The notes under the pieces are model-generated. The model saw nothing but the letters and a program-made list of their open reading frames with translations, did no database searches and was not told the origin of the DNA. A stretch of DNA of 64,000 nucleotides from Candidatus Ornithoclostridium faecigallinarum (GTDB taxonomy: Bacteria > Bacillota > Clostridia > Christensenellales > UBA3700). Both the position numbers and the translations under genes were made by a program. The stretch covers positions 6,346-70,345 of the forward strand of contig DVOI01000001.1 in NCBI GenBank assembly GCA_018713665.1, written 5' to 3'. Shown one piece after another: positions 8,911 to 17,203 of this stretch (the first letter of the stretch is position 1; the number at the start of each line of letters is the position of its first letter).

Positions 8911-9816
8911 ATGAACATCGCAAAACTTGCATTCGACTTCGACGACCGCTTCAAGGATGTCTTCACCAACAACGTCAAGACGGTCAACAGCATCTCCGTC
9001 GAAAAGGACGTTGTCTACAACGACACCCTGCCCGACGTCTGCACGCTCGACATCTATTGTCCTCCGCTCAAGGGCAGAGACAAATATCCCGTGCTCGTCG
9101 ACGTTCACGGCGGCGGCTGGATTACCGGCGACAAATATTGGCGGCGCGGACTCAACCGCGCGTTCGCCGACATGGGACTGTGCGTGATTTCGCCCAACTA
9201 CGGACTGTCGCCGCGCTTCAAATATCCCGAATGCGTAAAGCACCTGTTCGACTGCTTCAAGTGGATCTGCGACCATGCCGAAGAGCGCCGACTCGATCTT
9301 GACAATGTGCTGATTACCGGCGACAGCGCCGGCGGCCAGCTCGCCTGCCTCGTGCTCGCAATCCAAAACAACGCCGAGGTCAAAGCAAGGATAGGCGCGG
9401 TCGATTCCCCTCTCCGCTTCAAGGGAGGTATGCTTGTCTGCGGCGCATACGACCCCAACAGCATGGCAAAGAATATCTTTTCGAACAAACTCTTCCTCGA
9501 GATGACCGGATACGGACGCAAACATCTGCGCGAATTCAAGGACTATGACTTGATGAACCCGGTCAACTTCGTCGACAAGGACTTCCCCGCGGACGTGATG
9601 GTCGCGTACGGCCGCTTTGACGCCTTTGTCGGCGGCAACGAAAAGATACTCTTCAACCGTCTGAACGAGCTGGGAATCCCCTATCGCGAATACCGCGCAA
9701 AGGGCGCGGGCGAGCACTGCTTCCACCTGTGGCACTACCGCCGTCCGATCAGCCGCAAGTTCTTCGAATTGGCGCGCGACTATGTCGCCGACAAAGTGGG
9801 CTATCGATACAGATAA
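8911..9816 (+). CDS. alpha/beta hydrolase, HSL/acetyl-esterase type
   Basis: 301 aa; HGGGW oxyanion-hole motif and GDSAGG nucleophile elbow; AAGAGG RBS. Confidence 0.8.
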   Translation: MNIAKLAFDFDDRFKDVFTNNVKTVNSISVEKDVVYNDTLPDVCTLDIYCPPLKGRDKYPVLVDVHGGGWITGDKYWRRGLNRAFADMGLCVISPNYGLSPRFKYPECVKHLFDCFKWICDHAEERRLDLDNVLITGDSAGGQLACLVLAIQNNAEVKARIGAVDSPLRFKGGMLVCGAYDPNSMAKNIFSNKLFLEMTGYGRKHLREFKDYDLMNPVNFVDKDFPADVMVAYGRFDAFVGGNEKILFNRLNELGIPYREYRAKGAGEHCFHLWHYRRPISRKFFELARDYVADKVGYRYR

Positions 9817-9827
9817 GCGCGTTTTGT

Positions 9828-9844
9828 CGACACGGACACGAAAA
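9828..9844 (+). repeat. copy B of intergenic motif
   Basis: CGACACGGACACGAAAA, preceded by GCGTTTTGT, 12 nt after the esterase stop. Confidence 0.5.
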
Positions 9845-9875
9845 ACTCCGTCTTTCGTCCGCCTGAAAATTTTGC

Positions 9876-9907
9876 ACAAAAACGCCGAAGGCAAGTTGCC
9901 TTCGGCG
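9876..9907 (-). terminator. terminator of the pfp gene
   Basis: CGCCGAAGGCA-3 nt-TGCCTTCGGCG, 11-bp stem, TTTTTGTG on the minus strand. Confidence 0.75.
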
Positions 9908-9929
9908 TTGCGCTTTGTCTCTTTGAGAC

Positions 9930-11180
9930 TTACTTTACGAGCACCTTTTTGAGCTGCGCGAATCTGGGCAATCCGTCCTCGAGCTTTGCCTTGCTCTCAC
10001 CCTGAATGAGCGGCAGAGCATAGTCGACATACTCTTGCGACAGCATTGTGCCGTCGTCGACAATCCACTCGATCGGAACCTTCTTTTCGGTGTTGGCGGC
10101 CTTGGCGACGCTCATGACGCCAATCTTGCACTTGTACTTGCCGCTCGACATGTCTCTCTTGAGGATGACCATCTTGTCGGTCGTACCGCGAACCGCATAC
10201 TTGACCGCGGCGGCGCCGGCTTTGAACGCCTCTTCGACGTCGGTCTTGGACGCGAGGTGAGCCGCGCATCTCTGCATCAGCGAGAATTCGACCGCTCTCG
10301 TCTTGCAGCCGAACTCGTTCTTGCACATGTTGGCAAGCGCCGCGCCGACGCCGCCCAACTGAGCGTGACCGAACGAATCCTTTGCGAGATTGCCGCCGGC
10401 GAGCACTTCGGCGATCAGGTTGCCCTTGTCGTCGGAGATGCCTTCGGAGACGGCGACCATGCACTTGCCGCCCGTCCTCTCCATGACAGCTTTGACGTCA
10501 TTCTTGAACTTGTCGATTGAGAACGGAATCTCGGGCAGATAGATGAGGTCGGCGCCGAGACCCTTGTAGTTGGCGAGGCTTGCCGCGGCGGTCAGCCAGC
10601 CGGCATGTCTGCCCATGATTTCGACGACGGTGATCATCGGGGTGTCATAGACGTTTGCGTCGAGCTTGAGCTCCATAATCGTCGTCGCGACATACTTCGC
10701 GGCGCTGCCGTAACCGGGGCAGTGATCGGTGCCGAACAGGTCGTTGTCGATGGTCTTGGGGACGCCGATGACTCTGCACTCCCAACCCGACTTCTTCATG
10801 AACTTGCTGACCTTGTTGCAGGTGTCCATCGAGTCGTTGCCGCCGTTGTAGAAGAAATAGCGGATGTTGTACTTCTTAAAGACCTCGAGCAGTCTCTTGT
10901 AGTCGGTGTCGTCAATCTTCTCGGGCTTGAGCTTGTATCTGACCGATCCGAGCGCGGAAGACGGCGTATTTTTGAGTCTGAGCAATTCTTCGGGGTCCTC
11001 TTTGGACATGTCGTAGAATTTCTCTTCGAGCACGCCTCTGATACCGTGCGCCGCGCCGTAAACGGCGGTGATGCAATCTTGCTTGAGCGCCTCGGTGAAC
11101 ACGCCCGCTGCGGACGAGTTGATGACCGAAGTGGGGCCTCCGGACTGACCGAACATGCAGGCTCCGACCAATTTTTCCAT
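9930..11180 (-). CDS. pfp: long-type 6-phosphofructokinase, probably pyrophosphate-dependent
   Basis: 416 aa from ATG 11180 (AAGGAGGA RBS); PFK-A fold (MFGQSGGPTSVINSS); GGDG specificity motif replaced by GGND; Arg-rich upstream extension of the track ORF rejected. Confidence 0.75.
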   Translation of the reverse strand: MEKLVGACMFGQSGGPTSVINSSAAGVFTEALKQDCITAVYGAAHGIRGVLEEKFYDMSKEDPEELLRLKNTPSSALGSVRYKLKPEKIDDTDYKRLLEVFKKYNIRYFFYNGGNDSMDTCNKVSKFMKKSGWECRVIGVPKTIDNDLFGTDHCPGYGSAAKYVATTIMELKLDANVYDTPMITVVEIMGRHAGWLTAAASLANYKGLGADLIYLPEIPFSIDKFKNDVKAVMERTGGKCMVAVSEGISDDKGNLIAEVLAGGNLAKDSFGHAQLGGVGAALANMCKNEFGCKTRAVEFSLMQRCAAHLASKTDVEEAFKAGAAAVKYAVRGTTDKMVILKRDMSSGKYKCKIGVMSVAKAANTEKKVPIEWIVDDGTMLSQEYVDYALPLIQGESKAKLEDGLPRFAQLKKVLVK

Positions 11181-11233
11181 GTTGTTATCCTCCTTGGGAT
11201 GAATATTTTTCCGTGTGTACGGTGTCTTGCTTT

Positions 11234-12199
11234 TTACAGGCTGAGGATGCGCGACTTCTTGTACAATTCGTCGTTGAACTTGCGCTCCATCGCGAGAGCC
11301 GCGCCTATCTCCTCGTCTACGATTTTGTTGTCGCGGATGCCTACCACTCTGCCGCCCTTGTCCGCAAGCAACAGGTCGACAGCCCTGATTGCGAACTCCG
11401 CCGCAAGCGTGCGGTCTTGGTTGCTGGGGTTGCCTCCGCGCTGGATATATCCGAGCGTCGTCGTCTTGATCGAGCCGGTGACGCCGTTCTCCTTGAGACG
11501 GGCTTTGAGTTCTTCCGCCTTGCACACTCCTTCGGCGAGGACGATGATGTCCGACGTCTTGCCTATGCGCTGATTGAGCTTGATGCTCTTGACAACGGCG
11601 TTCAGGTCGAAATTCTCTTCGGGGACGAGGGTAATCTCGGCGCCGCCGCCCAATCCGGCGTAGAGCGCAATGTCGCCGCACTTGCGACCCATCACCTCGA
11701 TGATGCAGACGCGGTCGTGAGAGGTCATCGTATCGCGCAGGTTGTTGATTGCGCCGAGCACGGTGTTGACCGTCGTATCGAATCCGAGCGTGAAGTCGGT
11801 GTATGCAAGGTCGTTGTCGATAGTACCGGGAATGCCGACCACTTTGACGCCGAACATATCGTACATATCCTTCGCGCCGCGGAAGCTGCCGTCGCCGCCT
11901 ATGACGACGAGCCCGTCGATGCCGTACGCCTCCATGTTGTCGACCGCCTGCTGGATATACTCCTTTTGTTTGAACTCCTCACAGCGCGCGGTCTTGAGGA
12001 TTGTGCCTCCGCGCTGAATGATGTCGGACACGCTGCGCTTGTTCATCTGGAAGATGTGGTTGTCAATCAATCCGACATAGCCGCGCTCGATGCCGTAGAC
12101 TTCGAGCCCGTTGTAAATCGCATAGCGAGTGACCGCCCTTATGCATGCGTTCATGCCGGGCGCGTCGCCGCCGCTTGTCAAAATCCCTATTCTCTTCAT
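11234..12199 (-). CDS. pfkA: ATP-dependent 6-phosphofructokinase
   Basis: 321 aa; MKRIGILTSGGDAPGMNA, VVIGGDGS, classic PfkA length; GGAGAG RBS. Confidence 0.95.
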   Translation of the reverse strand: MKRIGILTSGGDAPGMNACIRAVTRYAIYNGLEVYGIERGYVGLIDNHIFQMNKRSVSDIIQRGGTILKTARCEEFKQKEYIQQAVDNMEAYGIDGLVVIGGDGSFRGAKDMYDMFGVKVVGIPGTIDNDLAYTDFTLGFDTTVNTVLGAINNLRDTMTSHDRVCIIEVMGRKCGDIALYAGLGGGAEITLVPEENFDLNAVVKSIKLNQRIGKTSDIIVLAEGVCKAEELKARLKENGVTGSIKTTTLGYIQRGGNPSNQDRTLAAEFAIRAVDLLLADKGGRVVGIRDNKIVDEEIGAALAMERKFNDELYKKSRILSL

Positions 12200-12203
12200 A
12201 AAG

Positions 12204-12434
12204 TCACTCTCCGCTCCTGATGACTCCGTGCTTGGTATAAATCTCCGCCTTGCCGCGGATCTTGATCGCGGAAGTCCTTTGCGTAAACTGCATGACGCAC
12301 ACCTCGTTTTTGTCGAGGTTTTCGGTGTGGTGGGGCTTTGTGCTGTCGCCCCTCGTCAAGCCTATAATCTGTACGGGAGAGTCAATCGCCTTGATGACGA
12401 TGTACTCTTCGCTTGCATAAAATGTCTCGTCCAT
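12204..12434 (-). CDS. mtrB: trp RNA-binding attenuation protein (TRAP)
   Basis: 76 aa from ATG 12434 (GAGGTG upstream). Matches recalled B. subtilis MtrB end to end: YIVIKAIDSPVQIIGLTRGDSTKPHHTENLDKNEVCVMQFTQRTSAIKIRGKAEIYTKHGVI vs [62 protein letters not shown]. Confidence 0.85.
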   Translation of the reverse strand: MDETFYASEEYIVIKAIDSPVQIIGLTRGDSTKPHHTENLDKNEVCVMQFTQRTSAIKIRGKAEIYTKHGVIRSGE

Positions 12435-12495
12435 ATTCACCTCGGTCAACGCCATTATATCAAATTCGAGCGCAAATGCCAAATATTTGACCGCA

Positions 12496-15400
12496 TTATT
12501 GCCCCGAAGGCGTCTTCGAACCCGGAATTTTTCCTACCTTTACGTTTGCGGCCCCCAGCACCGCCTTGAGTTGATACTCGAGCGTGCCTCCGAGGTCGGC
12601 TCCCGCGCCGTTCAATCTCGACAGCGTCCTGCCTCTTTGCACGAACACCGGATGTCTGCCGGGGTTGAGCTTGATGTACTCCTCGGCGGCGACGAGGTCG
12701 CGGTCTGTCTCTATGCGGAGATAGAGACACTCGGTGACGGGAACTTCGTCCTCTCCTTCATCTTCTCCCTCGTCCGCATATTCTCCGCTGCCTCCCCAGG
12801 GGATAACGTCCGCGACGGACATAGTGACCTTGCCGTTCTCAAACCTCAGCCTGCCGTTGAGACGCACAATCGCGTCCTCGGCAATCAGCGCGCGATACTT
12901 GTCGTACGTCCTGGGGAAGAACACCGCCTCGATTGAAGCGTAGAGATCTTCGATTGTCGCATACGCCATGATTTTTGCGTCCTTTGTCGTCTTTTTGCTG
13001 ACGTCGTGCAACATGCCGCAGAGTGAGACATACTTGCCGTCGAACGCGCTTTGAACGCCGAACAGCTCTTCCGCTCCGCTCTCGTCCTCGTCATCACCCT
13101 CTTCCGCCGCCGTGGCGTTCTGAATGTAATCGACCAGCGGCTCCAGGGTGAAGCTCTCCTGCTTGAGCTCTTCCTTGTGAGCGTCGAGCGGATGCCCTGA
13201 CAGATACACGCCGAGCGCCTCTTTTTCGAGCGCGAGTTTTTGCATTTGCGGATACTCGGCGAGCGGAGGGATGTCGTCCTCGGGGGCGGCGTCCTCGCCC
13301 ATCAAATCGAACAGACTGATCTGACCGCTCTCCTTGCCCTTGCGGTCGCGCGCCGCCTGTTTGAGCAGTCTCTCATACGACGCCAACAGCGCCGAACGCG
13401 TATAGCCGAAGCAGTCGAACGCGCCCGCCTTGATCAGACCTTCCATGATGCGCTTGTTGATGACGCCCGTCTCGAGACGGGACAGCATGTCGGACACGCT
13501 CTTGTACTCTCCGTTTTTCTCGCGCTCTTCGACGAGAGCCTGCATCGCGTCCGCGCCGACGTTCTTGATGCCGTTGAGTCCGTAGCGAAGCTTGCCGTCC
13601 TCGACCTTGAACAGCACTCGGCTCTTGTTGATGTCGGGCGGCAAAATCACAAAGCCGTTGTCGCGCAGGATTGTCAAATACTTTTGCACCTCTTCTGCGT
13701 TTGTGATGCGGTTGTTGATGACCGCGGCGAACAGCTCAATCTCGTAATATCTCTTGTAATATGCGGTTTGATAGGACAGCACCGCATAGGCGGCGGCGTG
13801 CGACTTGTTGAACGCGTACTTGGCGAAGCCCGCCATTTCGTCGAAGATCTCGTTGGCGGTCTTTTCGTCGACGATGCCGACCTCAATCGCGCCGGGGATG
13901 CGCGGTTTGGCAAGCCCGATGAGTCTGCCGTCGGTAGAATATTTCGCAGGTTCGGGCGGCGCGCCGTAGAGGAAGATCTTGCGCTGCGCCTCCATGACCT
14001 CGGCTTTTTTCTTGCCCATCGCGCGGCGCAGCATGTCCGCCGCCCCGAGCGAATAGCCGGCAAGCAGCTGCGCCATCTGCATGACCTGTTCCTGATAGAC
14101 GAGACAGCCGTATGTCATCTCGAGTATGGGTTTGAGCAGCGGATGGCGGTAGGTGACGCTCTCGGGATTCTTCTTGGACGCGATATATTTGGGAATGCTG
14201 TCCATCGGACCGGGGCGATAGAGCGACACGCCCGCTATGACGTCTTCGAGCGAGGACGGCTGAAGTTCTTTCATAAACTTTTTCATGCCGGCGGATTCGA
14301 GCTGGAACACCGCGTCGGTGGCGCCGCTGCTGATCTGCCGGTAGACCTCGGGGTCGTCGTAGCCCAGCTTGTCGAAGTCGACGTCCACGCCGTGATCCTC
14401 TTTGACGTACTGCCGCGCCTTGTCTATGTCGGTCAGCGTCTTGAGCCCGAGGAAGTCCATTTTGAGCATGCCCATCTCCTCGACCTCTTCCTTTTGGAAC
14501 TGCGTGGTAATGTCCTCGCCGTTGCGCTGAAGGGGGACGTAGTCGGAGATGACCTCTTTGCATATGACGACGCCTGCGGCGTGCTTCGAGCAGTTGCACG
14601 GCATCGCCTCGAGTTTGTACGCCATGTCGATGACCTGCCTCATCATCGGGTCGGTGTTGTACACTTCGACCGCTTCGGGCGAATAGAGCTTGACCTCGTC
14701 CTCTTTCTCGCTCTTGTGGAAGACGTTGGACAGGGTGACCTTGGGATTGTTGGCAATCGTCTTTGTCAGCTTGTTGACATCGGCTAGCGGCACGTTATAC
14801 ACTCTTGCAATCTTCTTGATTGCCGCCTTCGCCTTCATCGTGCCGAGCGCCAAGATTTGACAGACCTTGTCCGAACCGTATTTGCGCGTGACGTATTCGA
14901 TGACCTCGCCTCTCCTCTCGTAACAGAAGTCGACGTCAAAGTCGGGCGGCGACTCGCGTTCGGGGTTGAGGAAGCGCTCAAAGAGCAGGTTGTACTTGAG
15001 CGGATCGACGTCGGTGATGCGGATAGCATACGCTATGATACTGCCCACGCCCGAACCTCTGCCTGCGCCGACGGGGATGCCGTGCGTGCGCGCGTAGTTG
15101 ATGAAGTCCCAGACTACGAGGTAGTAGTCCGCGAAGCCCTTGGTGATGATGACATCGAGCTCTCGCTCCGCCCTCTGTTTGATCTCGGGTGTAATCGTGC
15201 CGTACCGCCACTCCAAGCCCTTGTACGCCATGCGGCGCAGATAGTCGGGCGACGACGAGCCGTCCTCGGCGACGTACGGCGGCTGCAAGTCCTGTTTTTC
15301 GATGACGACGTTGCACTTTTCCATCACTTCGACGGTGTTGGTGACCGCCTCGGGGCACCACGAGAACGTCTCCATCATCTCATCGTATGTCTTGAGGTAG

Positions 15401-16305
15401 AATTGATCTGTCTCAAAGCGCATGCGTTCGGGGTCGTCAATCGTCTTGCCCGTCTGAATGCAGAGCATGACGTCGTGCATCTCTGCATCCTCGCGCTCGG
15501 CGTAGTGTACGTCGTTGGTCGCGACGACCTTGACGCCTATCTCTCGCGCAATCTTGACGAGCAACGGATTGATGCGCCTCTGCTCTTCTATGCCGTGGTC
15601 CTGCAGTTCGATATAGAAGTCGCCCGGCTCGAACATGTCGCGCAGCATGATCGCATAGTTTTTCGCCTCTTCATAGTTGTTTTCGAGCAACAACTCGGGG
15701 ATTCGCCCGGCAAGACACGCGGACAGACAAATCACCCCTTCGGAATGCTTTTTGAGCGTCTCGATATCTATGCGCGGCTTGTAGTAAAAACCCTCGACAT
15801 ACGCCATGCTGTCCAACTGAACGAGATTGCGATAGCCGACGTTGTTTTTTGCAATGAGCACAAGGTGATTGAAGCTGCCGTTGCGCCCCGTCTGCTCGTG
15901 CATGTTTTCGCAGGTGTAGAACTCGCAGCCGATGACGGGTTTGAGCCCTGCCTTCTTCATCGCCTTGTAGAAGGTGAACACGCCGAACATGTTGCCGTGA
16001 TCGGTGATTGCCATGCCGGGCATCCCCTTTTCAATCGCCTTGTCGACGAGGGGGTTGTCCTTGTGGTTGGGCGCGACGAGCCTTGTCGCCCCGTCCAGCA
16101 GACTGAACTCGGTGTGAACGTGCAGATGCACGAACGGCTTGACGGGCGGACGTGGCTTCTCGGGCTTTTTCTCCTCCTCCCCTTCCTTTTTCGGAGGCTC
16201 CTGTTCCTGCTCACTCTCCTCGCGAGCGGCGTCCTCTTGCTCCATCTGTTCGAGCAAAGCTTCGTCGTCCTGTTCGACGTCGATGTCTTCGATATTGTCA
16301 GCCAT
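12496..16305 (-). CDS. dnaE: DNA polymerase III alpha subunit
   Basis: 1269 aa; PHP motif HLHVHTEFSLLDG, pol III alpha core and OB region; GGAGG RBS inside whiA 3' end; 55-aa acidic N-terminal extension. Confidence 0.95.
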   Translation of the reverse strand: MADNIEDIDVEQDDEALLEQMEQEDAAREESEQEQEPPKKEGEEEKKPEKPRPPVKPFVHLHVHTEFSLLDGATRLVAPNHKDNPLVDKAIEKGMPGMAITDHGNMFGVFTFYKAMKKAGLKPVIGCEFYTCENMHEQTGRNGSFNHLVLIAKNNVGYRNLVQLDSMAYVEGFYYKPRIDIETLKKHSEGVICLSACLAGRIPELLLENNYEEAKNYAIMLRDMFEPGDFYIELQDHGIEEQRRINPLLVKIAREIGVKVVATNDVHYAEREDAEMHDVMLCIQTGKTIDDPERMRFETDQFYLKTYDEMMETFSWCPEAVTNTVEVMEKCNVVIEKQDLQPPYVAEDGSSSPDYLRRMAYKGLEWRYGTITPEIKQRAERELDVIITKGFADYYLVVWDFINYARTHGIPVGAGRGSGVGSIIAYAIRITDVDPLKYNLLFERFLNPERESPPDFDVDFCYERRGEVIEYVTRKYGSDKVCQILALGTMKAKAAIKKIARVYNVPLADVNKLTKTIANNPKVTLSNVFHKSEKEDEVKLYSPEAVEVYNTDPMMRQVIDMAYKLEAMPCNCSKHAAGVVICKEVISDYVPLQRNGEDITTQFQKEEVEEMGMLKMDFLGLKTLTDIDKARQYVKEDHGVDVDFDKLGYDDPEVYRQISSGATDAVFQLESAGMKKFMKELQPSSLEDVIAGVSLYRPGPMDSIPKYIASKKNPESVTYRHPLLKPILEMTYGCLVYQEQVMQMAQLLAGYSLGAADMLRRAMGKKKAEVMEAQRKIFLYGAPPEPAKYSTDGRLIGLAKPRIPGAIEVGIVDEKTANEIFDEMAGFAKYAFNKSHAAAYAVLSYQTAYYKRYYEIELFAAVINNRITNAEEVQKYLTILRDNGFVILPPDINKSRVLFKVEDGKLRYGLNGIKNVGADAMQALVEEREKNGEYKSVSDMLSRLETGVINKRIMEGLIKAGAFDCFGYTRSALLASYERLLKQAARDRKGKESGQISLFDLMGEDAAPEDDIPPLAEYPQMQKLALEKEALGVYLSGHPLDAHKEELKQESFTLEPLVDYIQNATAAEEGDDEDESGAEELFGVQSAFDGKYVSLCGMLHDVSKKTTKDAKIMAYATIEDLYASIEAVFFPRTYDKYRALIAEDAIVRLNGRLRFENGKVTMSVADVIPWGGSGEYADEGEDEGEDEVPVTECLYLRIETDRDLVAAEEYIKLNPGRHPVFVQRGRTLSRLNGAGADLGGTLEYQLKAVLGAANVKVGKIPGSKTPSGQ

Positions 16306-17203
16306 TGTTCGCCTCCTCCAAAATTTTTTCTATCCTGTGATTGAGCCCGCTCTTGCTTATGCCCAGCTCTTTGGCGAGCTGCGCCATCGTAAACTCGGGG
16401 TGCGCCTCGCGCGCGTCGCAGACGGCGCGAAGCTTTTCGTCCAGCTTTTCGTAGCCGCCGTTTTCACGAAGAGTTGCGATTGCGGCAATCAGCTTGTTGG
16501 ACGCGCGCTGCGCCTTGTCTATGTTCGCAAGCGTACAATTGACGCCGCGATTGATGTTGTTGTTCGCCTCTCTGACCATCATCACGTCGCTGAGCGCGAA
16601 CACGCTTTCATAAGCGCCCATGAACGCCAAGACGCCGCTGACATCCGTCCCCGACTTGCAATATGCGCAATACAGCTCGCCTCTGCGCGTGACATGCATC
16701 GCGATATCGCGCTTTGAGAAATACGCGGCAAGTTCGCTCGCCGCCTCCTCGTCCGAAAATGTGAACTCGATGTGATAGCCGCCTCTGTCCGTTTCGCTCG
16801 GCGCATATGCTCCGCCGCAGACGGCAAACAGCCCTCTGACATAGGCGGCCGCCTCTTTGTCGTTTTCGAACTTGCGCCCCAATCCGCCCCTGCCGTGCGC
16901 GGTCTCGGGCAGCAAATCGACGAAAATATCCTCCGCCGCGCCCGGTCTGACCGACGCCGAATAGAGCTTTTGCGCGGACGAATAGGCGAATTCCACCTCC
17001 GCGCCGTACAATTCCTTGATCAGTCCCAGCGCTATCAGGACCGGCTGCATGCTCTTGTGCTCGACGGTCAAGCCCAGCTTGTTGCTCTTGAGCGTAAACG
17101 AACCGGCGACTTTGACGATAGCGGCGAGATACGCCTTGCGCGCGGCGGTTTCGTCGTCGTCCGCCAGCGCGGTCTGCTTGCGCACTTCCAAAGTGATGTT
17201 CAT
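16298..17203 (-). CDS. whiA: DNA-binding sporulation/cell-division regulator WhiA
   Basis: 301 aa from ATG 17203 (ATGA overlap with upstream PHP gene); C-terminal HTH MAQLAKELGISKSGLNHRI; WhiA-like length and layout. Confidence 0.8.
   Translation of the reverse strand: MNITLEVRKQTALADDDETAARKAYLAAIVKVAGSFTLKSNKLGLTVEHKSMQPVLIALGLIKELYGAEVEFAYSSAQKLYSASVRPGAAEDIFVDLLPETAHGRGGLGRKFENDKEAAAYVRGLFAVCGGAYAPSETDRGGYHIEFTFSDEEAASELAAYFSKRDIAMHVTRRGELYCAYCKSGTDVSGVLAFMGAYESVFALSDVMMVREANNNINRGVNCTLANIDKAQRASNKLIAAIATLRENGGYEKLDEKLRAVCDAREAHPEFTMAQLAKELGISKSGLNHRIEKILEEANNG

Noticed and set aside
11181-11681. 167-aa Arg/Gln-rich N-terminal extension of the pfp ORF. Analogous upstream extensions occur at 7459-7728, 17204-17305, 22464-22559, 26549-27136, 29107-29649, 29781-30023, 32179-32271, 37976-38035, 43627-43812, 44798-44980 and 48375-48404.
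   Set aside because: Internal ATG or GTG codons with proper RBSs or ATGA overlaps coincide with the family N-termini. The extensions overlap upstream genes or promoters and have non-protein-like composition.
12185-12245. Possible TRAP binding site around the pfkA start (GAG...GAGcgGAG...GAGaaTAG)
   Set aside because: There are only about five triplets with irregular spacers of 2-13 nt, which falls short of known TRAP sites. A proper scan is needed.
12505-12530. tRNA-like GGGTTCGAAG T-loop-like string on the minus strand
   Set aside because: It lies inside the dnaE 3' coding region, and no acceptor or anticodon arms can be drawn.
13240-16344. Two long plus-strand ORFs (515 and 495 aa) antisense to dnaE
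   Set aside because: The same shadow-ORF signature. The minus frame is an unmistakable DnaE.
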